Positions 1 to 13,060 of a stretch of 64,000 nt of DNA are shown in pieces. The stretch's first letter is position 1, and every line of letters begins with the position of its first letter. Origin of the DNA: Bugula neritina (taxonomy: Eukaryota > Animalia > Bryozoa). Both the position numbers and the translations under genes were made by a program. The notes below the pieces were generated by a model. It ran no database searches, was not told where the DNA came from, and worked only from the letters and a program-made list of their open reading frames with translations. The stretch spans positions 1,984,001 to 2,048,000 of the forward strand of contig OZ037765.1 in NCBI GenBank assembly GCA_964035545.1, read 5' to 3'.

Positions 1-1244
1 CAAGTGAATTATTCTAATTCATTATCTACAACTGCTAAACTACCTTTTCTGCAAGAGCAGAACAACCCAGGAGTCTCGTGAAATCTGTCAATTACTTCCA
101 AGTAAAATCTAATGCTACAGTTCAGATCAGGAGCTATGAATATAATATAATGTCGATGTTGAATAGCTTTTCAAATGCATGCCATATTTTAGTTTAGTTT
201 TGGCACCCGATTACACATCCTATACTACACAATTTCACCAACTAATTCTAACTATAGCAGTCCGGAGTTATGTCCCTTGCTTTGAAATTATCAAGTATGT
301 GTAATTCTACTTGCGTTGCTGCCTCAAATTATCAGCTGACTTTTGCACAGAATTTACCTGACTCAACCTCATTTCCTGTTGAAAAGGAAAAAAGTGGGTT
401 AGTTGACTCACGTGTAATTCAATAGACTTGCATCACCCTGATTATCAGTAAATCTGTCAATCACACATGGACTTTGAGCTTTCAGTACTCATTACCTTCC
501 AATAATCTGAATTTATTAGCCTGTTTATTATTTTTGATCACGTTTTAAATCACATTTTCTTTTTATAAAAAATTGAATGATTTTGTACAATTTTGTTTTG
601 AAGCTTATACTGAAATATGGCAGATGAAAAATGTAAAAATACAAGTTATAAAACCTTCAAGTTTTTTGCTCCCATCTGCAGCTGCCCATCATGATAAATA
701 TGAAACCAGACACTTCTGTGTATTTCTCTTAATCATGACGAAAAAAGTTATTTACGAAAATTTAAACATGCATTTTTATCATATTTGCTTATTTCTTGCT
801 ACAAAAATAGAACGGTGTTGACATAAGTAATCAAATTTGGTCATTCACATACCTTATGGTGTATGGTAGCTTTCGATCAGGAGTTATGCAAATTTTACTT
901 TGAAAAATACTCCACTAATCAAAGTAAACTATAAATATATCTACATTTTTACAGCATGTGATCTGTTGCATCATATCCTGTATCCTCTCGCATTGATCTC
1001 TTCATATGCCAGTTTCTTCTATCAAGAGAATTTAGTCAACCAATAATGATTCAAACATTTATTATCATATTTTTTATTATTAATAGGGTATTATATTTGG
1101 TGCAATGTTTTAGTACAGTACAACATTAAAATATTATTAAATTCTGACAGATTAGTATATATAGTATAACTAATATGTTAGTATATATGCTAGTTATATC
1201 TTAATCATTGCACACAGTAATATATAGTGTGATACCACACTCCG

Positions 1245-1430
1245 TTATGTGACACACATATTCTGTCATGTGACACACATATTCTGTCATGTGACACCTC
1301 TTCTGTTATGTGACACATATTCTGTTATGTGAGACATATTCTGTTATGTGACACATATTCTGTCGTATAACACATGTTCTGTCACATGACACTTTTTCTG
1401 TCATGTGACACCTCTTCTGTTATGTGACTG
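1245..1430. repeat. Minisatellite, ~19-21 bp unit (CACATATTCTGTYATGTGA), abutting the acceptor at 1436
   Basis: About 9 imperfect tandem copies ending a few nt before TTTTAG|1437. Confidence 0.9.
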
Positions 1431-1436
1431 TTTTAG

Positions 1437-4400
1437 TGGAGTGATAGTGTTTGGCGCTCTGGTTGGAGAACTACCATTTGTTCCTGGTTCAATGGAACCG
1501 AGCAAACGACACGCTCTCTTGAAAATGCTGAATAAGGGCTTGACTGATGAGCACAGGAAACGTATGCTCCATCTGGATATAGGTATAATCTGTAGAAATG
1601 TTGAGAGATATAATCTATAGAAAAGTTTAGAGGAATAATCTGTAGAAATGTTGAGAAGTATAATCTGTAGAAATGTTAAGTATAATCTGTAGAAATGTTG
1701 AGAGGTGTAATCTGTAGAAGTGTTGTAGAGGTATAACCTGTAGAAAAGTTTAGAGGAATAATCTGTAGAAATGTTGAGAAGTATAATCTATAGAAGTGTT
1801 GTAGAGGTGTAATCTGTAGAAATGTTGTAGAGGTATAATCTGTAGAAATGTTTAGAGGTATAATCTATAGAAATGTTAAGAGGTATAATCTGTAGAAATG
1901 TTGAGAAGTATAATCTATAGAAAAGTTTAGAGGTGTTATCTGTAAAAATGTTTAAATGCAGCATTAAAACAAGGGGTAAATATTTCCTTCACTCACATAA
2001 TTACTCACTTCTAAAAGGCTGCCGATTGGGCTAGTAAAATCAGGAGAACATAACTTCAATTTAGTAGTTCTCATTCTATTAGGTCTATCACTCCTTATGT
2101 TTCAGTTTCTCTCATTTTTAGTCATTCAATTTGAAAATCAGCTATTGCTACGCTTGGCCAAATTTTTGAGTTTGTTTTATATATTTTCATTTGACCGAAA
2201 CACTCTTTCCTTATACAACTTTGACTAAGATAGATTATGCCCCAACTGTCACGCATGATATGGTTTATTACATATTAGGGTGTAGGATCCATTCACTAAC
2301 TCTACTTACAAATTAAACGTGCCATGTGACGTGTGTCACGCTCAATGCCTTGTGACTTTTCATCTGATTCATAGTTTTACAAATTAAATTACATATTTTA
2401 TCAAGATGAGTGCAAGACTTTGACAGATTTGTTTTTTTCATGAAGAAAAACTTGTGGTAATTGAAGAGATATTTTTAGGTCTGTTATGTCTTTTCGTGCA
2501 AACCTAAAGTTTATGGCATTCAAAGAGACATTTACTGTTAAACAGTGAGCACTGTTCTACCTGCTAATCTCTGATCCATTATGACTATTTCTCATTTGAT
2601 GACCTAATTGTGTCCAGAACTGATTTGCCTGGGAACTTTTTATGCAGCTTTTAGTCATACTGCAAGTTACCAGATTTTAGTTGCTGTTTAGGCTCGTTGC
2701 TTGGCAACGAGAGAACATTACCTGAAGTGAAATCAAAGCTGTGATTTTTTTCTATATTTAACTTCTATAACCATTTTGTTAAAAACTATAAGTTTCATAC
2801 ATGAAAGTTATTAGAATAAATAAATGTATAAGAAAGAATTTTCAACTTGCTTGCTGTAAATATACTCGGTATCATACAAAATACATTATCTTGTATCATT
2901 TATATATGATCTTTCAACTATAACATTGTTGACTGTATTTATTTCATATTAATCTAGCATTTATATAATAATAATCATATAGAATGTCACATTTATGTCG
3001 TCTTCAATCTTTCATCTCTCTCATAAATTAATTACTAAATATTAATAGTTTCATGGAATTATTAAATTACCACATTAAGATATTAAATAAATAAATGCGT
3101 GCATTAGTGTATTATTGCTGTATTGGTTTTAGTATAACTGGAGATTTGACACTATTCATTACTATTAGGTTTTATTTCCCCTGTAATAAAATTAACTAAA
3201 ACTGTACATTGCGTAGCCCAAGTGTAGTATTTGCTGTAGTACTCTCATTTAGAACCTACTTTGCATGAAGAAATGTTTATTTGGCAGTTTGTGTTTCTCT
3301 CTTAAGATTGTCGGACGTTGCTGTTCCAACTGATAGAACCGAACTCAGCCCTAAGGCTACGCATGGAGGACGTTGCGGAGCATGTTTGGGTCACTAGAAA
3401 CGGCCAATACCCATTGTGGGTGGATGTTGAGCCTGACGTTGACCGGCCATTGCGGGCTAAGGTACTCAAGCTATAAAACTTCTTTCTCGTTGCTGTACTT
3501 TGTATTATAATGGAAAGCAGTATGCCTAGTTTAGTAAAATAATTTTGCCTCAACCGGGACTTGAACCGCAGACCTCCAGCTTGTAAGCTAGCGTGCTAAC
3601 CACTACACCACAGGAGCTACAAGGTAATTGTACTACTATAAGTCCAACTGTATCTGCAGGTATATCTATTGTATAAGATCTCTCACTGCAGGTACTGAAA
3701 AAGTTGGCGGAGTTACACGGTATGGAGGTGGAGACTGTGAGGCAGCACGTCAGCGAGCTGAAGTACGACAGCCTCTCTTCTCAGTACAACATGCTGATGG
3801 ATAAATACAGCGAGCTGCGTAGAGGTCAGTGTGTGTACTATGTGTTACAGACATCAATGTGCTTAAAACCTTGACCTTTATAATTGTCACTTCACTAACT
3901 CTAGACTAGCACAGGTTCGTGAAGAAGAATTCAGAGAGAAATAATTTTCCCCCATCGACTCACTGCAAAGTGATTGATTATGGATTGAGTTCACTTATTA
4001 TAATATATTGGAACCTCACAAAGTTACTCAATGATTTGGTGTAATCCTATTAAATTCTAATAAGACATACCCTGATACTGAGACACTGGACATTTGCCAT
4101 ATTCGGAGTTATAGGCATTAAGGGCCAGCCTCTCCGGTCATTCACCTCACTGGTCATGTGACAGTGAACAGCTGTTTCTTCTACCAGCCATTCTGATTCA
4201 TGGTATATTTCAGAAGTGTTTCGTCCTAAACCACCAGCTTTTTGGCGCCTTGGCACTGAACGTGGATATTCTGTAGTTTTTGTACCTACAATTGAAGATT
4301 AATACTCAGTATAATATTTGGCTGTTCAGCTTAGCATGACGTATACCTTGTTGAAATCTCGTCCTTTAGTATTGGGGAACAAGACTTCTACTTAATTTCC

Positions 4401-7400
4401 CACCTGAAGGAGGCCAATCAGGTGCTTATTAGAGTACCACATTGTAAAATAAAGCCTAGCTGTGACTTAATACAGCATATATATACTTATTCATGTACTT
4501 ATGCCAGTTATAGAATAATATAATGTGATAATGTATGGATTATATAATTACTAAAGTATATAAACTGTAATTACATCAACTACCATGTATGCTTTATAGG
4601 TTTTTATATTTTACAGGCGTTGACTTATGTAACAAAATAGTTTTAATTCAACAACTTTTTTCATATCATTGTATCATATTGTATTGCTGTTGTATTGTAT
4701 TTTTTATTGTTATATCATATAGTATCATTATGTTGTATTGTTATATCGTATACAAATTTTTTTAGGATTAATACAACATATCATTTTTGATTGAATCTAA
4801 GCTAAAGGAAACGCTGTGTTTTAGCTGAACTTAAATGTATCTATTCATGTTCGTTTTTGGGTTACGCAAACTCCACTTAGGGTTATGCCTGGATTCTTCC
4901 ATTATTCTTAAACCCACTTCGAAAGATGTGGTACTCATTTCGATAAGATCCGTGAATCACTGTTCTACACAGCCGACACTCCTTTGTCGAAATTCTATTT
5001 ATAGCTACTAATTTGTTATAATTTCTTCCACTCGACACTTAGTGTGGTTTACGCAGCTACCATGCACCAATTCATCTCAAGTGGAAATTTTGAACCCTGT
5101 TTTCTTGTTTTTACTTTTCAGGTTTAAAGCATAGTGCTTCCCCTCATACATCATTATTCAACATCTTTGTTTGCACAAAACATCGTTTTTTGGTGTTTAA
5201 AAACAATTAATATTTTGAATATATAATGTGTTATGCTCAATTATACATTCACTTTAATTCACCGTTTTACACAATTTATTTGTTAACATTATTGCATTAT
5301 GCGAAGTTGTAGAAGTGCTTTTTCTATTTTTAGCTCAAAACATTACGGCTTCAGTGAGTAAGCTACAGAAGAAGGTTGCTAATAAAGCAGCCACATCGTC
5401 CAATCAGACTGCAGTGCACCTCACTCGAACTACAGCCTCGCTGTCGCCACATTCCAAGCTGATGAAGAAAGCTGTCAGTCCGTCTGTTAAGAGAGCGTCT
5501 GCTGATAAAATTGATGTCAAGACTCACTCATTGAGCTCTACTCCAACTAATGTATGCAAAACGTCTTTTTAAAGAATCCCACTGTTTTTTTAATTACAAT
5601 CCATTTTATAACAATGCTTTTTCTCACCTTTCTCTGCCATTTCCTGATCGAGTGGCGAATTTTTAACAAAGCTTCTGCAGTGTTGAAATCACCCAGTAGC
5701 TCCTGTAGTGTAATGGTTAGCACGCATGGTCACAATCCGTAAGTCCCAGGTTCGAATCCCAGTGGAGGCAAAGGTGTTATATAATACAGACATAGTAAAT
5801 CAGGGGTGGCAAATGTTTTTACATTTTTATAAGTATATTTCAGTATAGAAGCTTCTACATTCTGTTACTATAGTGACTGTTGACTCTATTCTAGGTGAAA
5901 GAATTGGAAGTTCAGCCTAATCCCATTATTACGATATCTCGGCCCAGATCTTCTGAAGACATCAGGCATGGCCTCTTATGATGTCATATGCTGTACAAAC
6001 ATTGCAAAACATTATGAAGTCAATTTCGTAATTGAGTAAATTTTCACGACAATATATTTATTATTTTGTACAATAAATGTTGCTAACTGCTTTTCAGTGG
6101 AGAAATGGATGACTCAAGACACTCTATGCTGCTGTTTATTCATAGTGCTGCCGGTGATAAACAGACGCTGCCGTCTGACGACAGCAGTTCATCAAATGTT
6201 AGTATCTCTTATAAACTATTAACAATCTGACTTCATCTTCATGTAACATTTACATCAAATTAAACAAATGAGCTCACATATTCTCAAATCAAAGGTTGAA
6301 TTAATTAAGTTTAATTTAAGAGAATAAAATGTAGGTTGTTTTTATGATAGCCAAGTCTTGGCATGATGTCATCACTGTGGTTTGTTTGGTATTGCCAGCT
6401 GATGATGTCAAAAATAGAAATTTTCCGCAAACTTAAGCTGCAAAGTATAGAAGTGTTCTTATTACTATTTTCAACAATGCATGAGGGGTATAGCTGGTAA
6501 ACCCTCAAATATAACTCGACATATTTTATGCACAATTTTGAGTTAAAATTTTAAATTTCATAATGCAGAAAGTCTAGGGAAATATTTGTGTTAGAATAAT
6601 TGCTTTACAATTTCATATTTTTGAGGAAATTTCGTTTTTTCATGACACATTTTATTGTGAACTCTTGTTTGCATAGAGTGCCTTATCATCATTAACTTTG
6701 TTGGATTCTGTTTTAAATGTAAAAATTACATAAATTTTTCATCAGAGCTTGTTTTCAAGTTTGCATTCCACTTTAGAAAGTTTGAATACTGATAATGTGT
6801 TTTTGGCAAAGCGTAATGTTAATAACTGGCGTTAATAACATGTTTTCATCATAAAAAATGTGTAACAATCGACACCTTTGCTTGCAAAATACATTTGACT
6901 GACAAATTGAACTCTACTGCATCTAGGCATACACATGTTATTCTAAATTGACCTCTCATATTGCGTTCTCTTTCCAACATCAGTTTTTTTCCAGATTAAT
7001 ATTCTATATTTTTGGCCTGGCTACTTCAACACTGAGTGGGTTTGAACAAACAAAAGTTCAAAGAACTGTGTATTCACTCTAGCTGTCAATTCTGATTTAT
7101 GTGCTTGTTTTTACCCTCATGTAACAGGAAGTAGCATAGAATGTTGGATCAGCTGTCTAAGCAGACGTCTGTGATTCATTCATTTGGCACTATCACATAT
7201 TTGTGCTGCAATATTTTAGTTTCTTTTGCAGGATTTCATTTTTTATGCCTTTTATATTGTTTTTGTTTAAAGTCTCAGCTTTGTTGTACCTTTTACATTT
7301 GCCAAGCATTAAGGGAGTTACAATTTTAATTTTATTCACATTTCATTACAGTTATGAGCAGTTCAAGTTGAAATTTATTTTTGCAATCATATTTTTGGCA

Positions 7401-10400
7401 TCATAGTTGTTGTTTATTCTTTCTTTCACACCTACTGCAAAGTCATTTTACAATTTTTTGAAAGCAAGTATCTGCTAGCTTGCAAAAATGTCACACATTG
7501 ACTAGTTCAATACTATTTTTCACAAAATCTTTGAAAACTCAAATAATAAAATTGTAATGTGTGAACTAAATTGACTTGTTTTCATACATTTTTGCTGTTG
7601 CATGCTGATTTGTTCTAAAAATACATCTTCATTTTTTTTAGCGAACTTGTGCTATCATAACAGCAGAGTAAATTTGCCGTGCTACATTTTAACCCTTGCT
7701 TGAAATTATACTCTGCATATTTTCAGCATGCGTAAGATTAAACCATATTTTCATTAGACTTGAGAAAGTATACTCACAATGCCCAGTATAAAACCATTCA
7801 TTTTGGGAAACCCAAGGATTGACTTATGTATTTACCAACTACTTCGGCAAAGCCAGACATTTCCTACATCTGTATGAAACAACAACCTGTACTAGCATGT
7901 CATATGAAACAACAGTCTGTACTATCATGTCATATGAAACAACAGCCTGTACTATCATGTCATATGAAACAACAACCTGCACCATCATGTCATATATATG
8001 AAATAACAACCTGTACTAGCATGTCATATGAAACAGCAACCTGTACTATTATGTCATATGTGTTCTAGAATAGCCCGGCACACCTGATGGCTAATGTGAT
8101 GTCTTCTGCAGAAGAAAATTCCTGTGCTGTGGATATTACTTATTCAAACTCCAGCTCACACCTTCTCCAATATGCAGGTAGGCTATTATACCACATGCAG
8201 GTAACAAATGGACAGTGGCTAGGGTTAATTTAATTTACCTGCTGCTATAAATTATTGCCAAATAAATTTTTATCAATTTTTTCATCTAGTTAAATTATGC
8301 AATCATCAGATAAAAACAAGATCTCTACCCATGATATAATCTGGGTGTATGCCTGCAGGAGGCCAACATAATTGCAAGTAATGAATGCAAAGATGTGAAA
8401 CACCCACAACCACATTAGAAAACTACGAGTTTAGAAAGTTTTTGTAGCCGATGTTTTAAGGCTTCGTGAACTTCATCGTTTGCAAAACTGTAAAATCCTG
8501 TTGTGGTTCACGAAAATCTTAATATTCAGCGAGTTTATTAATTATTTGCCGCGCCTGGTGCGCCTGGCGCGCCTGGCACCGAGTTAGGACAGCGAGTGCA
8601 TTTGGCACTTACTCTGTTGGAAAATTTGATGAATTTATACATGATAGGAACTTAGAAACAAGCAAACAACATGTATTTTGGCATCTGACAGTGCGTTTAG
8701 TAGACAATGGTCAGTTTTTGTTAATTGCGTCATCATTCATTGGCAACGCATCCAGACAGTATTGAATAGTATTTAGCTGAATAATTGATTATTATTGTTA
8801 TTTAATTTATACACTTTATTATATATTAATTATATTATATTTCATACTCATGAGTGTTCACACCCTTAACACAAATGCATGCACTGCAAATAAACTTTTT
8901 CCACTTTGGTTTGTCTCAGAGAAAAAGTTTAAAAACTTTTAATAAAAATTGTGCAATAGCTGAAGAAATGAGTCTTTTATTAAATACTTTTATGTGGTAA
9001 GTAAAAGTTGTTTTGTACAGAAAGAAAATCAGGCATTTCGCAACTGTTTGCAAGCACTAGGACTTGGACTGCCTTATCAATCAATTACAAAGTTAGAAAA
9101 AAAGGTAGCAGTGATATCCTTTACTTACTGCAAATCATAAAAAGGTATTAATTATCACTGTCTGTTTTTTTATTATTTGCTCAAAAAGTAATCAATTTTC
9201 ATTCACTATGTACAAGTCATTGCACAATCAGGTACGGAATAGTAGTAAACAACATTGTAGCTATTTTTAGCACAGACAGCATGCCTTGCGGGTGTTTGTG
9301 TCTAAGAGTTAAAAGGAAAGTAGTTTGATGTGACTGACAGGAGTTTAATTGAGTTCTCCGGTCATCAGTTCAACTTTTGTTCTAAACTCTCGGCTGATTC
9401 ATCAAACCACAGTAATTAGTTAAGAAGTTTATTTAACATATTCAAATTCAGACCATAAACTGAGTACACAAAAGTTAGGTTGTGAAAATGTGTTCTTTTT
9501 TATGTTTTTTTGCAACATCAAAGAAACATCAAGTAGAATATTGTCTATTTTTAGTAGCGAAAGGAAGCTGTGAAGGATAAAAATAAATATTTGATTGATA
9601 AGTGGTCTGGAGGTGAGAGATGGCCTCTGGTTGGACCGGAGTTCAGTTGAATCTGGCCGCAAACTTATGAATGATTTTGTCAAATTCTCAAGTAGTTTTT
9701 GATAATGACATGTTTTTCAAAGCTTAATTATTTTTAATCAATCATCAAAATGGTTCAGCAATTAATTATTTATGCAATCTCTAACAGCTTTCACCTGGAA
9801 GCCATCGGATGAAGACAGCAAAGTGGCCGAAATTTATATTTTATTCTTTGTTTAGTTTTCTTGTTGTTTGTGTCTTTTTGCATTAATTATGGTTCTAAGA
9901 CAGTTAAAAATAGAATAACAAGACTTGGTGAAGAATAAAGATTAAAGATAGCTATAACAAGTGTACGAGGCTGAGGGAATTTTTTAATTATAAACTATCA
10001 GAATTCGCTGCTGTTACGCTGTCGACGTCACAATGGAACGAAAACTATATTTTTTGCAGCACTAAATTCTATTGCTGCATGGAGTTTCAGAATTGATTGA
10101 TTTTTGAGGCATTAGCAACAGAGAGAAATTCTAAAAATCAGTTTTTCTAGCAAAATACTACCCGTGTTTGAGACTAAATTTACGTTACATGCATAAAAAG
10201 GAAAAGATTCAATTTGCTGAAATTTGTATAATTTATTCGCTAAAGACATCAATTAGCAGTAGACATCAGTGTTGCCTGTTCCTGTTCAAATTATTAGCTA
10301 CTTGCACAATTTGCATAAATCGTAAGCACATTTATTAATATTAACATTTCACTGAACATAAATTTTTTTTGACACTTTTAGAGCAAAGCCATATATTACA

Positions 10401-12206
10401 ATGTCCTACATTATGTTCTTGTTTGTCTGTTTTAAAAGTATAGCTCTTTTGTCTGCCGTCATAAATTTTGGGACATGTTGGTGTACATCGTCGCGGCTGT
10501 CATATTGATAAAAAGTCACTCAACTAAAACCTGACATATAACGCAGTTTAGTATTTGGAGCGGTTATGGTCATTGAACTTGGACGAAACTTGCGTACCAG
10601 ATACCGTGTGTCTCTTGTTGCTGGGAGGTAGAAGATGACTGACTTTAGAGTCACTCAGTGCAACTGGCAACCACCAAACACCTGATAGACGGCTATATAT
10701 GAGTTATAAAACCCTCCTGAGTAAAAACTAGTCTACATTGATATGTTGTTTATATTTATGGACTTGTCCAGCTGTTATAGCTGCCATGTTGCTTTGGGTA
10801 GTAAAATTTCTACACTAAAAATGAAAAAAAATTTTGCAAAATTTTCTTCAATTAAGGCAAACTGACAGTTAAACGAAAACTAATCAGAAAACCGATGATT
10901 ACTCAAGGCCCAGCGGATTGCTCTACCAAGCATCACTGGCTGCAAAAATCTGCTAACTACTTGTTAAAAGCTGTGTGAACCTACTTTCCAAATTATAAAT
11001 GTTCCATTATTCTATTTGAAGAAATGATTTGCCACGCTAGAAGCTTGGTGCTGATATTTGTCTCACCTAGTTGGCTGCTTTTAGGTCGCTGTATACATGC
11101 GTTGCTGGACAGTGTAGCTAAATCCGCTTTCTGTGAAGTAGTGGTTTTCACTGCCTGGAGGCAAGTTTTTGTAAACAACCATTTCCACCTGCTCGTGTAA
11201 AATCATCTGCTAGGTGGTTTGTCAGGTGCAATAGGAGTTATCTTCCCCGTGCAAGTATGAAGTATATCAATATACTTACCATCAAGTGTAGAGTTTTGTG
11301 GTGCCATTGTAGAAGGCTCCGAAGACACCCCCTCTAGTTCGACACCACCTTCACAGCGCTTCTATGAGCTCAATGCAGAAGAGGTGCCGGCTCTGGAGTC
11401 TCCTAAACACCACAGGTAAACACCACAGGTAGACAAGGGCTTATATTTTTTTTAAAATTATATCATGTCAAGAATATTTTCCAATTAGATTAATTCAACC
11501 GAGTACACTGAAACGCGAGTCATTTACAGTAAACAGACTTGACCATTTCGGGAATTTAAAAATCAGTTGAATCTGTTCTTTATACTTTTATTTTACAAAA
11601 ACTATTCAGCAGTTTAACGCTCATTGATAGGCCGATTTGCACTGCAGACGTATCTTGTTGTCATGGCCTGCACTGTAGATGTGAAACAGAGGCTCTGGTT
11701 CAACATGGCATATTCTATACTAAGCAATTTGTTGAAGTCCTTATAGAGTGGTGATGCCAACAAGAGAGAGATGGGTCATTTTACTTAATTTAGTGCACAC
11801 TGGAAATCTCCAGTTTTTAGCTATTTTTTACAATTTAGCTGCTAGTAAACATGGGCTTTTGCCCAAAACTAGTAAAATATCAATAAATACACCTATATAA
11901 TCAAGGTTTCTTTTTAATTTTGCTTGATTTCCCATGTTCATTAGCAGCTAAAATGTGAAAAATAGCTAAAAACTTGAGATTTTCAGTGTGTAGTAAATTA
12001 AGTAAAATGACCCAATTTTGGTGTTCCGAGTTGTTCTACTCTAGCCAGTTTCCCCTCCATGACATCAGGAATTGTGATCATATATAGACGTGCTTTGCAA
12101 GCTGTAGTCCACACTCTCTTCCAGGTCTCCAATAACGCCAAGAAAAAAACTAGGAAAAGGTGCGAGAATGAAGGAGTGGATTAAAAGTTCAGCTGCTCCA
12201 AACTAG
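1437..12206 (+). CDS. AMPK-related (CAMK group; HUNK/MARK-like) Ser/Thr protein kinase, 5'-truncated by the window: kinase C-lobe, UBA-like domain and low-complexity tail
   Basis: Well-supported phase-compatible exons: 1437-1582 (GVIVFGALVGELPF, subdomain IX-X), 3307-3461 (DCRTLLFQLIEPNSALRLRMEDVAEHVW, subdomain XI) and 3692-3824 (LAELHGMEVETVRQHVSELKYDSLSSQYNML, UBA-like). Tentative phase-consistent tail exons: 5334-5551, 5895-5965, 6098-6197, 8069-8177, 11313-11415 and 12125-12206 (TAG; AATAAA near 12243). An alternative end is the stop at 5570-5572. Confidence 0.7.
1580..1955. repeat. Minisatellite, ~25-26 bp unit (AGGTATAATCTGTAGAAATGTTGAG), starting at the kinase donor 1582|1583
   Basis: About 14 copies; several retain AG|GTATAA, identical to the real donor. 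Confidence 0.9.
3543..3640 (-). mobile_element. tRNA-derived SINE-like repeat, copy A
   Basis: The reverse complement reads GCTCCTGTGGTGTAGTGGTTAGCACG...GGTTCAAGTCCCGGTTGAGGCA, with A-box and B-box. It is homologous to the copies at 5676, 37005, 52312 and 52481. Confidence 0.75.
5676..5802 (+). mobile_element. tRNA-derived SINE-like repeat, copy B
   Basis: TAGTGTAATGG (A-box) and GGTTCGAATCC (B-box), with poorly pairing stems. It shares a 23-nt leader and a ~25-nt tail with copy C. Confidence 0.8.
7868..8060. repeat. Minisatellite, 30 bp unit (CATATGAAACAACAGCCTGTACTATCATGT), about 6 copies
   Basis: Direct tandem copies ending just before the putative acceptor TTCTAG|8069. It explains the repetitive ORFs 7819-8001 and 7826-8068. 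Confidence 0.92.
11772..12014. mobile_element. Foldback/MITE-like element with ~84 bp inverted arms
   Basis: 11772-11855 (TGGGTCATTTTACTTAATTT...AACATGGG) is the near reverse complement of 11931-12014 (CCCATGTT...AAATTAAGTAAAATGACCCA), with a ~75 bp spacer. Confidence 0.75.
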
Positions 12207-13060
12207 AGAAAGAGAAGGCTAAGAATAGAGACCACGGGCTGTAATAAAAACTATGATACATATTATTATCTCACATTCCATGTTTAGGCTATGCCATCCT
12301 AACGGTTCTTCTATGGTACAACTTACAAGATAATTTGCTGCAATATTTATTATTTTCTTATTATTTCTTGTGGCAATATCAACACTCTGGAGCTCTGAAT
12401 TTTCTTGTCAGAATTTTTACAATATATTAATACTCTTTGATAGTCTAGTTGTATTTATACTGTTTTATATATAATATTGTTGTATTTAAAATATTTTATA
12501 ATGTCGTATTTGTGTTATTTCGTAATATTGTTGTATTTATATTAATATGATCCAATCAATGCAAAAATCTCACAAAATTTCTAATTCACGTGAAGAATTA
12601 CTTGCGCTGTGATTCAACGAAGAGAGTGGAATGTAGTCAAAATACAGGTAAGAATTCACACATTTATGGATCTATTTCTGTGATGATTGCAGCAAACAGG
12701 TATTTTGTTTGCGAATATTTTGTGCACAATGGTAAACATATCCTGTAAAATAGTCAGTGGGCATCCTATTACTGCCTATAGCATGTATAATTAGCTACGG
12801 TGACTTAATCCGAAAAAATATGGTAATTTATTAAAACATGAATATTATTGTCACCCAGCAAAGGAAAGTTTGTCCTATGATTGCGAATATTTTCAATTTT
12901 ATGATGCGGCTGAAAAACTAGTGAATATTTGAACAAACACCACATGTTTATGCAATGAGTATAAATTTCCAGCTGCTCTGTATTGAAAAACATCTTTTAA
13001 ACTAAAAATTTTGCAGGCAGATGAAACAAGAGTTTAGATTTAGCCAAATTGTGTATATTT

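Noticed and set aside
3460-3696. Introner-type intron gain (AGGTACT at both intron ends)
   Set aside because: Most of the 7-bp match is the expected AG|GT consensus, and no related intron copies are in the window.
5699-5770. Functional tRNA gene
   Set aside because: A- and B-boxes are present, but the acceptor and T stems pair poorly and the anticodon region differs among homologous copies; treated as a repeat.
7819-8068. Repetitive short ORFs here and at 16433-16718 and 60648-61050
   Set aside because: They are translations of intronic minisatellites with no protein-family signal.
7689-8228. piggyBac-like element (TTAACCCT...AGGGTTAA)
   Set aside because: The inverted match is only ~8 bp, and the interval contains a probable kinase exon.
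9114-9122. Second U12 donor (ATATCCTTT)
   Set aside because: No convincing upstream exon or matching U12 branch site; about one chance match is expected in this much AT-rich sequence.
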